Of a stretch of 64,000 nucleotides of DNA, positions 46,166-53,720 are shown piece after piece. The stretch's first letter is position 1. The number at the start of each line of letters is the position of its first letter. A program made the position numbers and the translations under genes. The DNA comes from a virus. Lineage: Duplodnaviria > Caudoviricetes. The notes under the pieces are model-generated. The model did not search any database and was not told the origin of the DNA. It was given only the letters and a program-made list of their open reading frames with translations. Location: positions 10,927 through 74,926 of the IMG/VR virus record IMGVR_UViG_3300010357_001370; one strand, given 5' to 3'.

Positions 46166-47083
46166 TTATGCCTCTACGAGATTACGAAGTAGCTCTTGAA
46201 ACGTCGGATCATCCTCACGTCCACAGCCTTTGCAACCTTTACAGGGAGCGAGCTTCCGGTTGTAGACGACGTCGTATGCGCGCTTAGACTGTTCAGTTTT
46301 GAAGAGATCGAACAGCGGAGTAGTGAATGCGTTCCCTGCATTAAGCTCCTCATGTCCCAGCGGCATCAGTCCGCAGTACGCTACCATTCCGGTCGGGAGA
46401 ACTACCACTTGGCTCGGAATACAAGTAGCGTCAGTTACATCGGTGCTGGTAAATATCATCTCTCGATTATTTACTATCGTAGGGTCGCTCGGATGAATAT
46501 CGATCTGTTTGAGGTAGCGAAAATAATCGAACTTCGGCATTATATATTTGACCATGTCCCGAGAGAATATCTCCACCGGTTCCGGTTGTAAGTTTATGCG
46601 GGAAGCTATGCGATCAGGAAGGACATACGAGTCTCTCGGATGGTACACCTTCTTTAGATGCACGTTGCTATTCTTAGCGATTCCTACTAAACGCTCCCAG
46701 TTGCTCGCTACTAGATCAGATTGCCATCGGGGAACCCGATATGAGCTAATATCTACTGCGATGTCTTTAATTTTACTAAGAGTTTGGAGCTGTTCGTCGG
46801 TGAGATTAAGTGCAAGGTTAGTCGACATATGAAGGAGATTGAAGCCCGCTTCGTCTAGTGCATCTATAATTTTGAAGATATCCTTATTGATGAGAGGCTC
46901 TCCCATAGGAATTATGAGAATGAGAAACTTATCAGCGTGAGCTTTGTTCAGTCGAATGAATGCCTCAATATCGGATAGCGTAATGTACTGAGGCTCTGCA
47001 TATTCTCGCATGTATGGGATAACACAGTGACAGCAAGGACGCTGGCATGCTCCGTATGTTAGATACAGATTAACTCGAATCAT
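46166..47083 (-). CDS. Radical SAM protein 6, paralogue of protein 5
   Basis: CQRPCCHC, GEPLINKD, STN and YCG...CKGC. Confidence 0.8.
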   Translation of the reverse strand: MIRVNLYLTYGACQRPCCHCVIPYMREYAEPQYITLSDIEAFIRLNKAHADKFLILIIPMGEPLINKDIFKIIDALDEAGFNLLHMSTNLALNLTDEQLQTLSKIKDIAVDISSYRVPRWQSDLVASNWERLVGIAKNSNVHLKKVYHPRDSYVLPDRIASRINLQPEPVEIFSRDMVKYIMPKFDYFRYLKQIDIHPSDPTIVNNREMIFTSTDVTDATCIPSQVVVLPTGMVAYCGLMPLGHEELNAGNAFTTPLFDLFKTEQSKRAYDVVYNRKLAPCKGCKGCGREDDPTFQELLRNLVEA

Positions 47084-47113
47084 ATAATATTAGTACTATA
47101 CTACTCCGCACAC

Positions 47114-47140
47114 AAAAAGAGAGCGGCTTGCGCCGCTCTC
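47114..47140 (-). terminator. Intrinsic terminator
   Basis: 9-bp stem GAGAGCGGC/GCCGCTCTC followed by a T5 tract on the minus strand. Confidence 0.75.
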
Positions 47141-47160
47141 AGATGTCGATCCGTTTTGGG

Positions 47161-47514
47161 TTACTGGACGAACCAGTTGAAAACCAGAGCTCCGAGCCCC
47201 CAAGCCATCAGGTAGGCGAGGGTCTTGGCAGTCAGGCCGTAGAAGAGGTTGAGGAAGGGATGCTCCTCTTTCTCTTCCATCTTCGGGGACCTGGCCATCA
47301 GAACACCGACGATGTACAGAAGGCCGAACGCCTGCCAGAACGTGATCTGGAACCCGATGTCGGGAAGGTACATCGCCCAGAGCGAGGTGATGACCTTGGC
47401 TCCGAGGAGATCGACGGGCACTGCGAATAGCGCCACGAAGGCGATGGCTATCGGCACTCCGATGAGAACGCCTATCAGGGTGGATAGGGCAGACGCGTTG
47501 GATTTATCGGTCAC
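47161..47514 (-). CDS. Hypothetical membrane protein
   Basis: Three to four hydrophobic helices in 117 aa. Confidence 0.65.
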   Translation of the reverse strand: MTDKSNASALSTLIGVLIGVPIAIAFVALFAVPVDLLGAKVITSLWAMYLPDIGFQITFWQAFGLLYIVGVLMARSPKMEEKEEHPFLNLFYGLTAKTLAYLMAWGLGALVFNWFVQ

Positions 47515-47535
47515 TAGAAGTTCTCCTTTTGAAGG

Positions 47536-47739
47536 TTACTGAATTTCCCAGGGGAAAGAAGGCATCTCGTCTTTCTCATACGCAGCGTGGAACGTTGCCT
47601 TGAGATCGTTGAGGGTGACCCTCTTTTCGAAGAAGGCGTGAAGCCAGTGCGCCATGCGCTCGTTGACTTCAGGATCCGCATCGTGAATGCGCTCGGAGAG
47701 GACGTTCTCCTCTTCGGTCATCTCGTACGCTTCGTCCAT
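47536..47739 (-). CDS. Hypothetical protein
   Basis: 67 aa, RBS AAGGAG. Confidence 0.55.
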   Translation of the reverse strand: MDEAYEMTEEENVLSERIHDADPEVNERMAHWLHAFFEKRVTLNDLKATFHAAYEKDEMPSFPWEIQ

Positions 47740-47749
47740 AGATACTCCT

Positions 47750-47905
47750 TTAGAACCGAGGTACGTACTTATACATCCCGTTGTGACGCATCTTACGGTA
47801 TACGTCGCAAACGATCGTCCCGCGCTGACTAGTCATAGGATAGACTCTTACCATATCGACGCCCTCGTCGACGAGTTCCCATTTTTGGTGTTTGAATAGG
47901 CTCAC
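47750..47905 (-). CDS. Small hypothetical protein (51 aa, not in the ORF track)
   Basis: GTG start with GGAG RBS downstream of a promoter: MSLFKHQKWELVDEG...YVPRF. Confidence 0.5.
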   Translation of the reverse strand: MSLFKHQKWELVDEGVDMVRVYPMTSQRGTIVCDVYRKMRHNGMYKYVPRF

Positions 47906-47925
47906 GATAGCTCCCTTGTGCATGT

Positions 47926-47955
47926 ATCATATCAGAGTTCTCCATCGGGAGTCAA
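47926..47955 (-). promoter_or_regulatory. Sigma70-like promoter TTGACT-N18-TATGAT
   Basis: Direct reading. Confidence 0.7.
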
Positions 47956-47972
47956 ATAAAAAAGGATCCGTG

Positions 47973-48092
47973 TTAGTCGTAGTCAGTTTCGTCGTAAGAT
48001 GCCGCGATGACGAAGGACTCTAGGAACTCCATGATGCGCTCCTCTACGATCTTGATGCGAGCCTGTTCGGGAACGACGTGGAAGTCGACATG
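47973..48092 (-). pseudogene. Start-less C-terminal gene remnant
   Basis: Reads VDFHVVPEQARIKIVEERIMEFLESFVIAASYDETDYD* with biased codons; in-frame stop shortly upstream. Confidence 0.5.
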
Positions 48093-48591
48093 GACAGAGG
48101 AGAGAAGAGCTGCTCAAGCGGAACGGGCTCGAGCTCTCTGGGTCGATCCGGAACATAGAGCGCGTGTATTAGCTACTCGTTCCGCCACTTGCGAAGCCCG
48201 TCTTGAAGCTCTTCCCCTCGATGAAAAAGAGAAGCGGCTAAAAGATAGAGAGAGATCAGCTCGGTGGAAGCGCGGGGACCCTATTCCAGAGGACAGTTAT
48301 ATCTATAAAAAGCCTCCTGAGTTTAGTCAAAAAGTCTCCGCAGCTCTAAAGGGTCGTCCTAAAACTGTGGAACATAAACAACATCTTTCAGAAGCCCGAA
48401 GAGCTAACCCGCGAGAATATTCTGATGCTGAACGACAAAGTAAATCTGCTAAAATGACTGGCCGTACTTGGATACATTTTGAAAAGACATCTAAGATGTG
48501 TACTCAAGAAAATCTGCCAGACTATCTTGCTGAAGGCTGGCAGATTGGTCGAGCTCCTAAATATCCCACTTCAAAAGGTAACGAGGGTTAA
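48089..48591 (+). pseudogene. NUMOD3-type homing-endonuclease C-terminal part without a nuclease domain
   Basis: KVSAALKGRPKTVEHKQHLSEA and KMTGRTWI...GWQIGR; the N-terminus of the tracked ORF (48007) is only the antisense of the remnant above. Confidence 0.55.
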
Positions 48592-49645
48592 TATATTTCA
48601 TCGAAATGCTCGGATTGTCCTTAGCACGAAGAACGATACCCTCACGAACCTTGTCCGTGATGATGAATGTCCCCTCGGAGAGCTTTGCGACATCCTCCAA
48701 CGTCTTGAGAGGAGGAACGTCGATGACCCATGGAACCATCTGGAACAGCTCGCAGTTGTCATCCTGGGTGAACGTGTCATCGAAGACGTGGCTGAGCTCA
48801 TCGAGTACGAAGGCGATCTCGCTATTATCGAGACGCGTAGCGGTGTCGAGGTTCTGGACGGTGAAAACGAACAGCTTCACCTCAGTGAGGCCGATTCGGT
48901 TGCTCTGAATGCCAGGACCAGCCACCTCACCCTGAATGGCGAAGTTGGTCATCCTGCCAGTAGCAGCGTACTTACGCATGCGCTTCTCGATGTTGTACTT
49001 GCGAGCCATCTTCCAGAAGATGTTGCTCTCAGTATCCTTCAGCTCCTGGTTGCGGCTGCAAACTCCGAACTCTCCGTTGAAGAGGAAGTAGGTGCCGCTC
49101 GACCCGTCCATCTTGACAGTGACGTCGAACTCATGCTCAGCGAGCATCTTCTCGAGAACGTCCTGCTCGAACCCCTGAGCCCTCAGCTCATCAGTCTTCT
49201 CGATGAAGCCCGGGAATGGACCCTTGGTGTCGCCACCGATCTGAGCAGTCTCCGGAATCTCGTACTTGACGACTCCGAGAGCGTCAGTAACGTCGGCACC
49301 TTCGAGAAAACGATTTGCATCGATAGCATTCTGAGGAGGGTACTTAAGCACGTCTGCAAAGTCTTCCAGAGGCATACTGAGACCCTGGCTTACCTGGCCG
49401 CGGAGCTTGATAGTCTTGACACGGTAGTTGTAGGGTGCCATGAACTCGAAAATCGGAAGCTTCGGAAGAACCGAATCAACCTCGAAGTAGACGCGCCTAT
49501 CGCCAGGCTGCGGATTGGTATCTTTGTTGGTGACGCAGACCCAACCCATCGACTCGAACGTGATCTTAACAATGCTGTCAGCGTTCGGGATAGGCTCGAC
49601 CGTCTTAATAGTCCTGATTGTTGCTAACTTACGCTTAATATCCAT
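48557..49645 (-). CDS. RNA ligase, DRB0094/Rnl2-related family
   Basis: LATIRTIKTVEPIPNADSI, YFEVDS, LRGQVSQGL, KMDGSS, QGEVAGPGIQ and REGIVLR. Confidence 0.88.
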   Translation of the reverse strand: MDIKRKLATIRTIKTVEPIPNADSIVKITFESMGWVCVTNKDTNPQPGDRRVYFEVDSVLPKLPIFEFMAPYNYRVKTIKLRGQVSQGLSMPLEDFADVLKYPPQNAIDANRFLEGADVTDALGVVKYEIPETAQIGGDTKGPFPGFIEKTDELRAQGFEQDVLEKMLAEHEFDVTVKMDGSSGTYFLFNGEFGVCSRNQELKDTESNIFWKMARKYNIEKRMRKYAATGRMTNFAIQGEVAGPGIQSNRIGLTEVKLFVFTVQNLDTATRLDNSEIAFVLDELSHVFDDTFTQDDNCELFQMVPWVIDVPPLKTLEDVAKLSEGTFIITDKVREGIVLRAKDNPSISMKYINPRYLLKWDI

Positions 49646-49684
49646 ATACCTTCCTTTTCCACCAGAGAGCCTACGCTCTCGTTA

Positions 49685-49714
49685 ATAATATCAGAACGAC
49701 TCTCTTGAAAGCAA
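49685..49714 (-). promoter_or_regulatory. Sigma70-like promoter TTGCTT-N18-TATTAT
   Basis: Same spacing and GA dinucleotide as the rest of the family. Confidence 0.55.
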
Positions 49715-49752
49715 AGCGAGGATGTATATTAGATATACTATAAGGAAGCAGC

Positions 49753-50328
49753 ATGGTAGTACTTGACATAGATCAGGACTTTATGTTTAACTGTCCCTCT
49801 CAAACTAAGCGAATTGAAGACTATGTACGCCTATATTATCTTCGTGAAATCTTAGATCGCTTTAACGTAGGTAAGGGAACTCCGTATCGACTCTTTATTG
49901 ATCACGATGAAGTTCTTTGGGATTGCCGCCAGCAAAACTATAGAAATATTGAACTTATACATGTTGATCGTCATGATGATATCCCGCTAGGTCCAAAGGC
50001 TATTAAGCATGATCAAGAGACAGGAAATAAACCTCATCTAGGTAATTGGATCTCTCATCTTATTGATGATGGTCGCTGCTCATATGTAGAGTGGATAGGA
50101 CAGCATACTAAAGGAACGTACGAGATGGAGAGATTGGAAACTCCCTTTAATCACACTCCGTTTACGCTTTGTCAGTCTACTCTAGCCTCGACGCAATTTT
50201 CTAAGCCAATCGACTTAGTTTATTATACTGTAAGCCCGGGGTTCAGTCCTACGAATATAGATGTACTTGAATTTATATCGATCTTCTCTGGGTATAAGTT
50301 GGAACCGGGGTCTCAACTCTTTCTATAA
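49753..50328 (+). CDS. UPF0489-like (arginase/deacetylase-fold) protein
   Basis: LDIDQDF, IDHDEV, HVDRHDD and GNWI motifs. Confidence 0.55.
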   Translation: MVVLDIDQDFMFNCPSQTKRIEDYVRLYYLREILDRFNVGKGTPYRLFIDHDEVLWDCRQQNYRNIELIHVDRHDDIPLGPKAIKHDQETGNKPHLGNWISHLIDDGRCSYVEWIGQHTKGTYEMERLETPFNHTPFTLCQSTLASTQFSKPIDLVYYTVSPGFSPTNIDVLEFISIFSGYKLEPGSQLFL

Positions 50329-50360
50329 AAATAAACCCGCCGAAGTTGGCGGGTTTCTTT
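50327..50360. terminator. Bidirectional terminator between convergent genes
   Basis: AAACCCGCC-GAAGTT-GGCGGGTTT. Confidence 0.8.
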
Positions 50361-51109
50361 TAAGTATATAGACAATGTAGGTTGTTATAGAGGACATGGT
50401 AGTGTCTGTCCCCCACTAAAGCGGATCGATCAATATGGAAATGCCCGCAGTACCAGCCTTTGAACTTCAACCCGTTCTTAACGTATTCACCTAAGAAGCG
50501 AACCGCTGTATCATTCTTCTTAAGCTCGTAGTACCTATCTTCCTCCGGATCGAGATGACCGAAAGGAAGGGTATGCTGAAATGTATTGATCGCTTCCTGA
50601 GGACAGGTATGGCTGATTACATAATCGACTTCATTGCCAATCCTTTGGAGGTTCTCAGTACCTCGCATAAAGTCGCCCTGGGTAGGATTCTCTTCTTCCC
50701 ACCAGCTGATGCGATTCTGCCGACGAGCCTTATCAATAGATACCGCTCCCCCGAAATTGAAGAATGTTTTACCCTCGATAGTGAAAATATGTCCATGTTG
50801 GAGAATATAGATCTTATCGGATACCTTGTAAGCTTTTCCTCCATAGAGGTCAACTAAAGGTAGCTGATAGATACGTTCGTAGTTTTCATGGTTACCAAGT
50901 ACGGCGAGAGTGATCCATGGCTTATCGTTGAACCACTTCGTCCAGTACATTTCTTCCTCATTCGTTGGATTCAGGCTCCATATGAGTCCGAAATCGCCGA
51001 GAATGATAACGTGCGAAGGGTACTCTCCGTCGCAGACGGACTTGACATTGTGATTATTTAGTTTACGCACATCAATCGGACAGTGCGTATCGCCTGAGAG
51101 AACGATCAT
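50360..51109 (-). CDS. Calcineurin-like metallophosphoesterase
   Basis: GDTH, GDFG, GNHE, SHTCP and GHFH motifs. Confidence 0.9.
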   Translation of the reverse strand: MIVLSGDTHCPIDVRKLNNHNVKSVCDGEYPSHVIILGDFGLIWSLNPTNEEEMYWTKWFNDKPWITLAVLGNHENYERIYQLPLVDLYGGKAYKVSDKIYILQHGHIFTIEGKTFFNFGGAVSIDKARRQNRISWWEEENPTQGDFMRGTENLQRIGNEVDYVISHTCPQEAINTFQHTLPFGHLDPEEDRYYELKKNDTAVRFLGEYVKNGLKFKGWYCGHFHIDRSALVGDRHYHVLYNNLHCLYT

Positions 51110-51119
51110 ATAGTAGTCC

Positions 51120-51413
51120 TTATTCTATTGTTTGCCTAGTCAGAGGAAAGCCTGGTGTTCCAAATTCTTGTAGGTTCATCCATGCCGTCCATATCAAGCA
51201 GGCTTCGTTATCACAAAAGGCTGCCTGTTTCACTTGCATTGATACCGCGACGCGGTCCAGTGCTTCAAGTATTTCACCATCTGAAAGAAGTAGGCCGACG
51301 TACTCATATCCAATCGGTCCTTCGTGCTTCTTCGTCCACGTCATCATCGCTTGTTCGAGTGATTCACGTGTGAGGGTGAGAGTGTCTGGAGAGATATTCT
51401 TAGGTGCAGTCAA
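51120..51413 (-). CDS. Hypothetical protein
   Basis: 97-aa ORF with RBS GGAG. Confidence 0.45.
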   Translation of the reverse strand: MTAPKNISPDTLTLTRESLEQAMMTWTKKHEGPIGYEYVGLLLSDGEILEALDRVAVSMQVKQAAFCDNEACLIWTAWMNLQEFGTPGFPLTRQTIE

Positions 51414-51521
51414 GACTCCGCCCTCCTTGTCTCTAATATACTTAGTATACTTGAGGATGGGAGAGCGGGTATAATAGGAGAGGGGCGGATCGCCCCTCTA
51501 CCTACGTAGTTCGTTTTGTTA

Positions 51522-51722
51522 TCAGCCCCTGCGAGCGTGTAGTCTGAGGTACGCTTCCTGAAGCGTGATGCCAGTCTCCTGGTGGAGCTTGGCAGCGATC
51601 GTGGAGCGTGCCACAGTCGGACGATCGGCCTTGACGTTCCAGGTCTTGCGACCGGCATCGAAGGCCATCGGAGCGTTCTCTCCGGCGAGCGGGTTGGAGA
51701 GGGTTACGAGATACTTCTTCAT
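51522..51722 (-). CDS. Hypothetical protein
   Basis: 66 aa, biased codons, coupled to the upstream gene. Confidence 0.55.
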   Translation of the reverse strand: MKKYLVTLSNPLAGENAPMAFDAGRKTWNVKADRPTVARSTIAAKLHQETGITLQEAYLRLHARRG

Positions 51723-52108
51723 TCGGACTCCTTGTCTTCATCATGGAACTGTTCGAAGAAGGCCTTGATCTTCTCGTTGTCTTCTGCCGATGCACGGCTC
51801 TGGAAGAGGGGACGGAAGTCCTTCATTGAACGTTTTTCGATCTCGGGATCGGTGATCAGGACGTCACCCTTGATGACCATCTCGACCTTGAATCCGGTCT
51901 GAGTATCGATGTTGACGAGTCGAATGAACTTGTCGATCGCCTCGTCGGTCCAGCTCTTGGGAGCCTCGACCAGGAACTTCTTCACCGTCACGTACGTCCA
52001 GATCGGGTAGTACGTAGTGGCGGTTGAGCCCCAGGAGTTGTAGCCGTAGCTGGCGGTACTCTGACCAGTGCTAGTGCCGTTCCAGCCATCCCAGTATGTG
52101 CTGGACAT
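51719..52108 (-). CDS. Hypothetical protein
   Basis: 129 aa, biased codons. Confidence 0.55.
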   Translation of the reverse strand: MSSTYWDGWNGTSTGQSTASYGYNSWGSTATTYYPIWTYVTVKKFLVEAPKSWTDEAIDKFIRLVNIDTQTGFKVEMVIKGDVLITDPEIEKRSMKDFRPLFQSRASAEDNEKIKAFFEQFHDEDKESE

Positions 52109-52109
52109 A

Positions 52110-52358
52110 CTAGATCCCCAGCGGGTTGTCGGACGTGTTGTACTTCATCCGGAAGGTGCGGTAGTCGAGACCGACCTCTTCCAGGGTTTCGCGGCCGAGC
52201 TTGCCGTTGACGACGACGGTGCCGTCATCGCGGATCGAGTGGTCCTTCGCGTTGTACGCGCCGTACTTCTTCGAGTACGTCTTGTTGTACTCGTCGATCA
52301 TGTACTGGGTCCAGACCTTGCGAATGAGCTTGTGGGTTACCTTAGCATTGTACGCCAT
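52110..52358 (-). CDS. Hypothetical protein
   Basis: 82 aa, RBS GGAG. Confidence 0.55.
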   Translation of the reverse strand: MAYNAKVTHKLIRKVWTQYMIDEYNKTYSKKYGAYNAKDHSIRDDGTVVVNGKLGRETLEEVGLDYRTFRMKYNTSDNPLGI

Positions 52359-52401
52359 GTAACTCTCCTATTGAGAAAATCACCCCTCGTACGAGGAAGT
52401 G

Positions 52402-52635
52402 TTAGATGACTGCGAGGCCCTCGCGCTTGAGGGTGCCGTTGTAGATGAAGTATTGGATGTTGGAGGGGGTGGAGGTGCGCTTCTTTTCCGCGGTGAGAAT
52501 GCTCTTCTCATCGCCCTGGCTCTTGAGAGCGGCGATGTAGTCGTCGAGCGCCTTCTGAGCGGTGTCTTTGTCCCAGTTCTGATTGCCGTACTTCTGGATG
52601 ACATCCAGGGCGATGTTGGACTGAGCTTTCGGCAT
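52402..52635 (-). CDS. Hypothetical protein
   Basis: 77 aa, RBS AGGAGG. Confidence 0.55.
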   Translation of the reverse strand: MPKAQSNIALDVIQKYGNQNWDKDTAQKALDDYIAALKSQGDEKSILTAEKKRTSTPSNIQYFIYNGTLKREGLAVI

Positions 52636-52654
52636 GTGAGCCTCCTAGCAGAGG

Positions 52655-52683
52655 AAAATAGCCGCCCCATGCGGGGCGGCTTT
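52655..52683. terminator. Intrinsic terminator after rIIB
   Basis: GCCGCCCC-ATGC-GGGGCGGC. Confidence 0.7.
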
Positions 52684-52694
52684 AGTTCTGTTAC

Positions 52695-53642
52695 TTACGC
52701 CTTGCGGATCCTGACGTCGGTGAAGTCGACATCGAACTCCTTGGCGAACTGGTACTTGGCCTTGCCGGCGGTCATGTTCGAGTAGTACTCGACGCAGTCC
52801 GGATCGTAGGCGGAGCGGCACTCCCAGTTCCCGGTAGCCGGAGCCTTCTTCTCGGCCGAGGCAGCCTTGGGCTCGTCCTTGGCGTAGCTGTAGTCGTCGG
52901 TGCTGTACTTGTCCTTGATCTCCTCACCGTTCGGGATCTCAGAGACGACCTCGTACTCGCACACGCGCATCTTCTGGTTGTTGTAGTCGACGGGGACCGC
53001 GACCACGTTCTTGGGGTTGACCTTGCAGACCACGGTGCGGGCACCGCCGAAGGAGGCGAGGTAGCCGTAGGAGCAGACGTGAAGGCCGTTGGAGCAGGTC
53101 TGCTCGGGGTTCTCGTCGACCATGTTGCGCGGCATCTTGACGACCTTGCCGATGGAGTTGTCGAGGTGCGAGCCATCGGGGTTGGCGTGGATGGAGGTGT
53201 AGTCGTTGTTGACCCTCTTGTAGGTGAGGAAGCAGCCGTCGGCGGTGATGGGGAGCGTGCAGGCCTCCAGGAAGCCGTAGAGCTCGTTCACGGCGCGGTA
53301 CGACGGGTTCTCCATCAGGTTCTCCATGAACCTGATGAGGTTCTCGACCGGCTTCTGCTTCTTGAGCAGATCGAGGATCCTGGTCGTGAGGGCGTTGTGC
53401 ATCGGCATGCCATCGTACTTGAACTCGTCGTTGTCGATGGTGATGCGACCGTTCGAGAACTTGGCAACCGCCTTGGGGATGTTGACCAGGGACTCGATCT
53501 CAGTCTCGGTAGCGCTGCCGGAGAGAAGGGTGTCGACGATGGCCTGGTAGTTGGGGTGATCGTTCGCGACCGACTCCATCTTACCATCGAGGTAGAGATT
53601 GATACCGCTCTTGGTCATCACGAACGGGACGGACATGTTCAT
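52695..53642 (-). CDS. rIIB: rIIB-like protein
   Basis: NLMENPSYRAVNELYGFLE, LPITADGCFLTYK, CSNGLHV and KMRVCEYEV. Confidence 0.88.
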   Translation of the reverse strand: MNMSVPFVMTKSGINLYLDGKMESVANDHPNYQAIVDTLLSGSATETEIESLVNIPKAVAKFSNGRITIDNDEFKYDGMPMHNALTTRILDLLKKQKPVENLIRFMENLMENPSYRAVNELYGFLEACTLPITADGCFLTYKRVNNDYTSIHANPDGSHLDNSIGKVVKMPRNMVDENPEQTCSNGLHVCSYGYLASFGGARTVVCKVNPKNVVAVPVDYNNQKMRVCEYEVVSEIPNGEEIKDKYSTDDYSYAKDEPKAASAEKKAPATGNWECRSAYDPDCVEYYSNMTAGKAKYQFAKEFDVDFTDVRIRKA

Positions 53643-53690
53643 AAGTGCCTCCGAATCTTCCTATTTGACGTTGTATAGACTGTTACGTCT

Positions 53691-53720
53691 ATAATATCGA
53701 ATTGCCTCTCTAAAAATCAA
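53691..53720 (-). promoter_or_regulatory. Sigma70-like promoter TTGATT-N18-TATTAT upstream of rIIB
   Basis: Overlaps the rIIA stop codon. Confidence 0.55.

Noticed and set aside
47973-48591. Group I intron carrying a homing endonuclease
   Set aside because: The upstream ligase is already complete, the nuclease fragment is antisense and lacks its catalytic domain, and I found no intron core.
48479-49627. 382-aa plus-strand ORF
   Set aside because: Antisense shadow of the RNA ligase.
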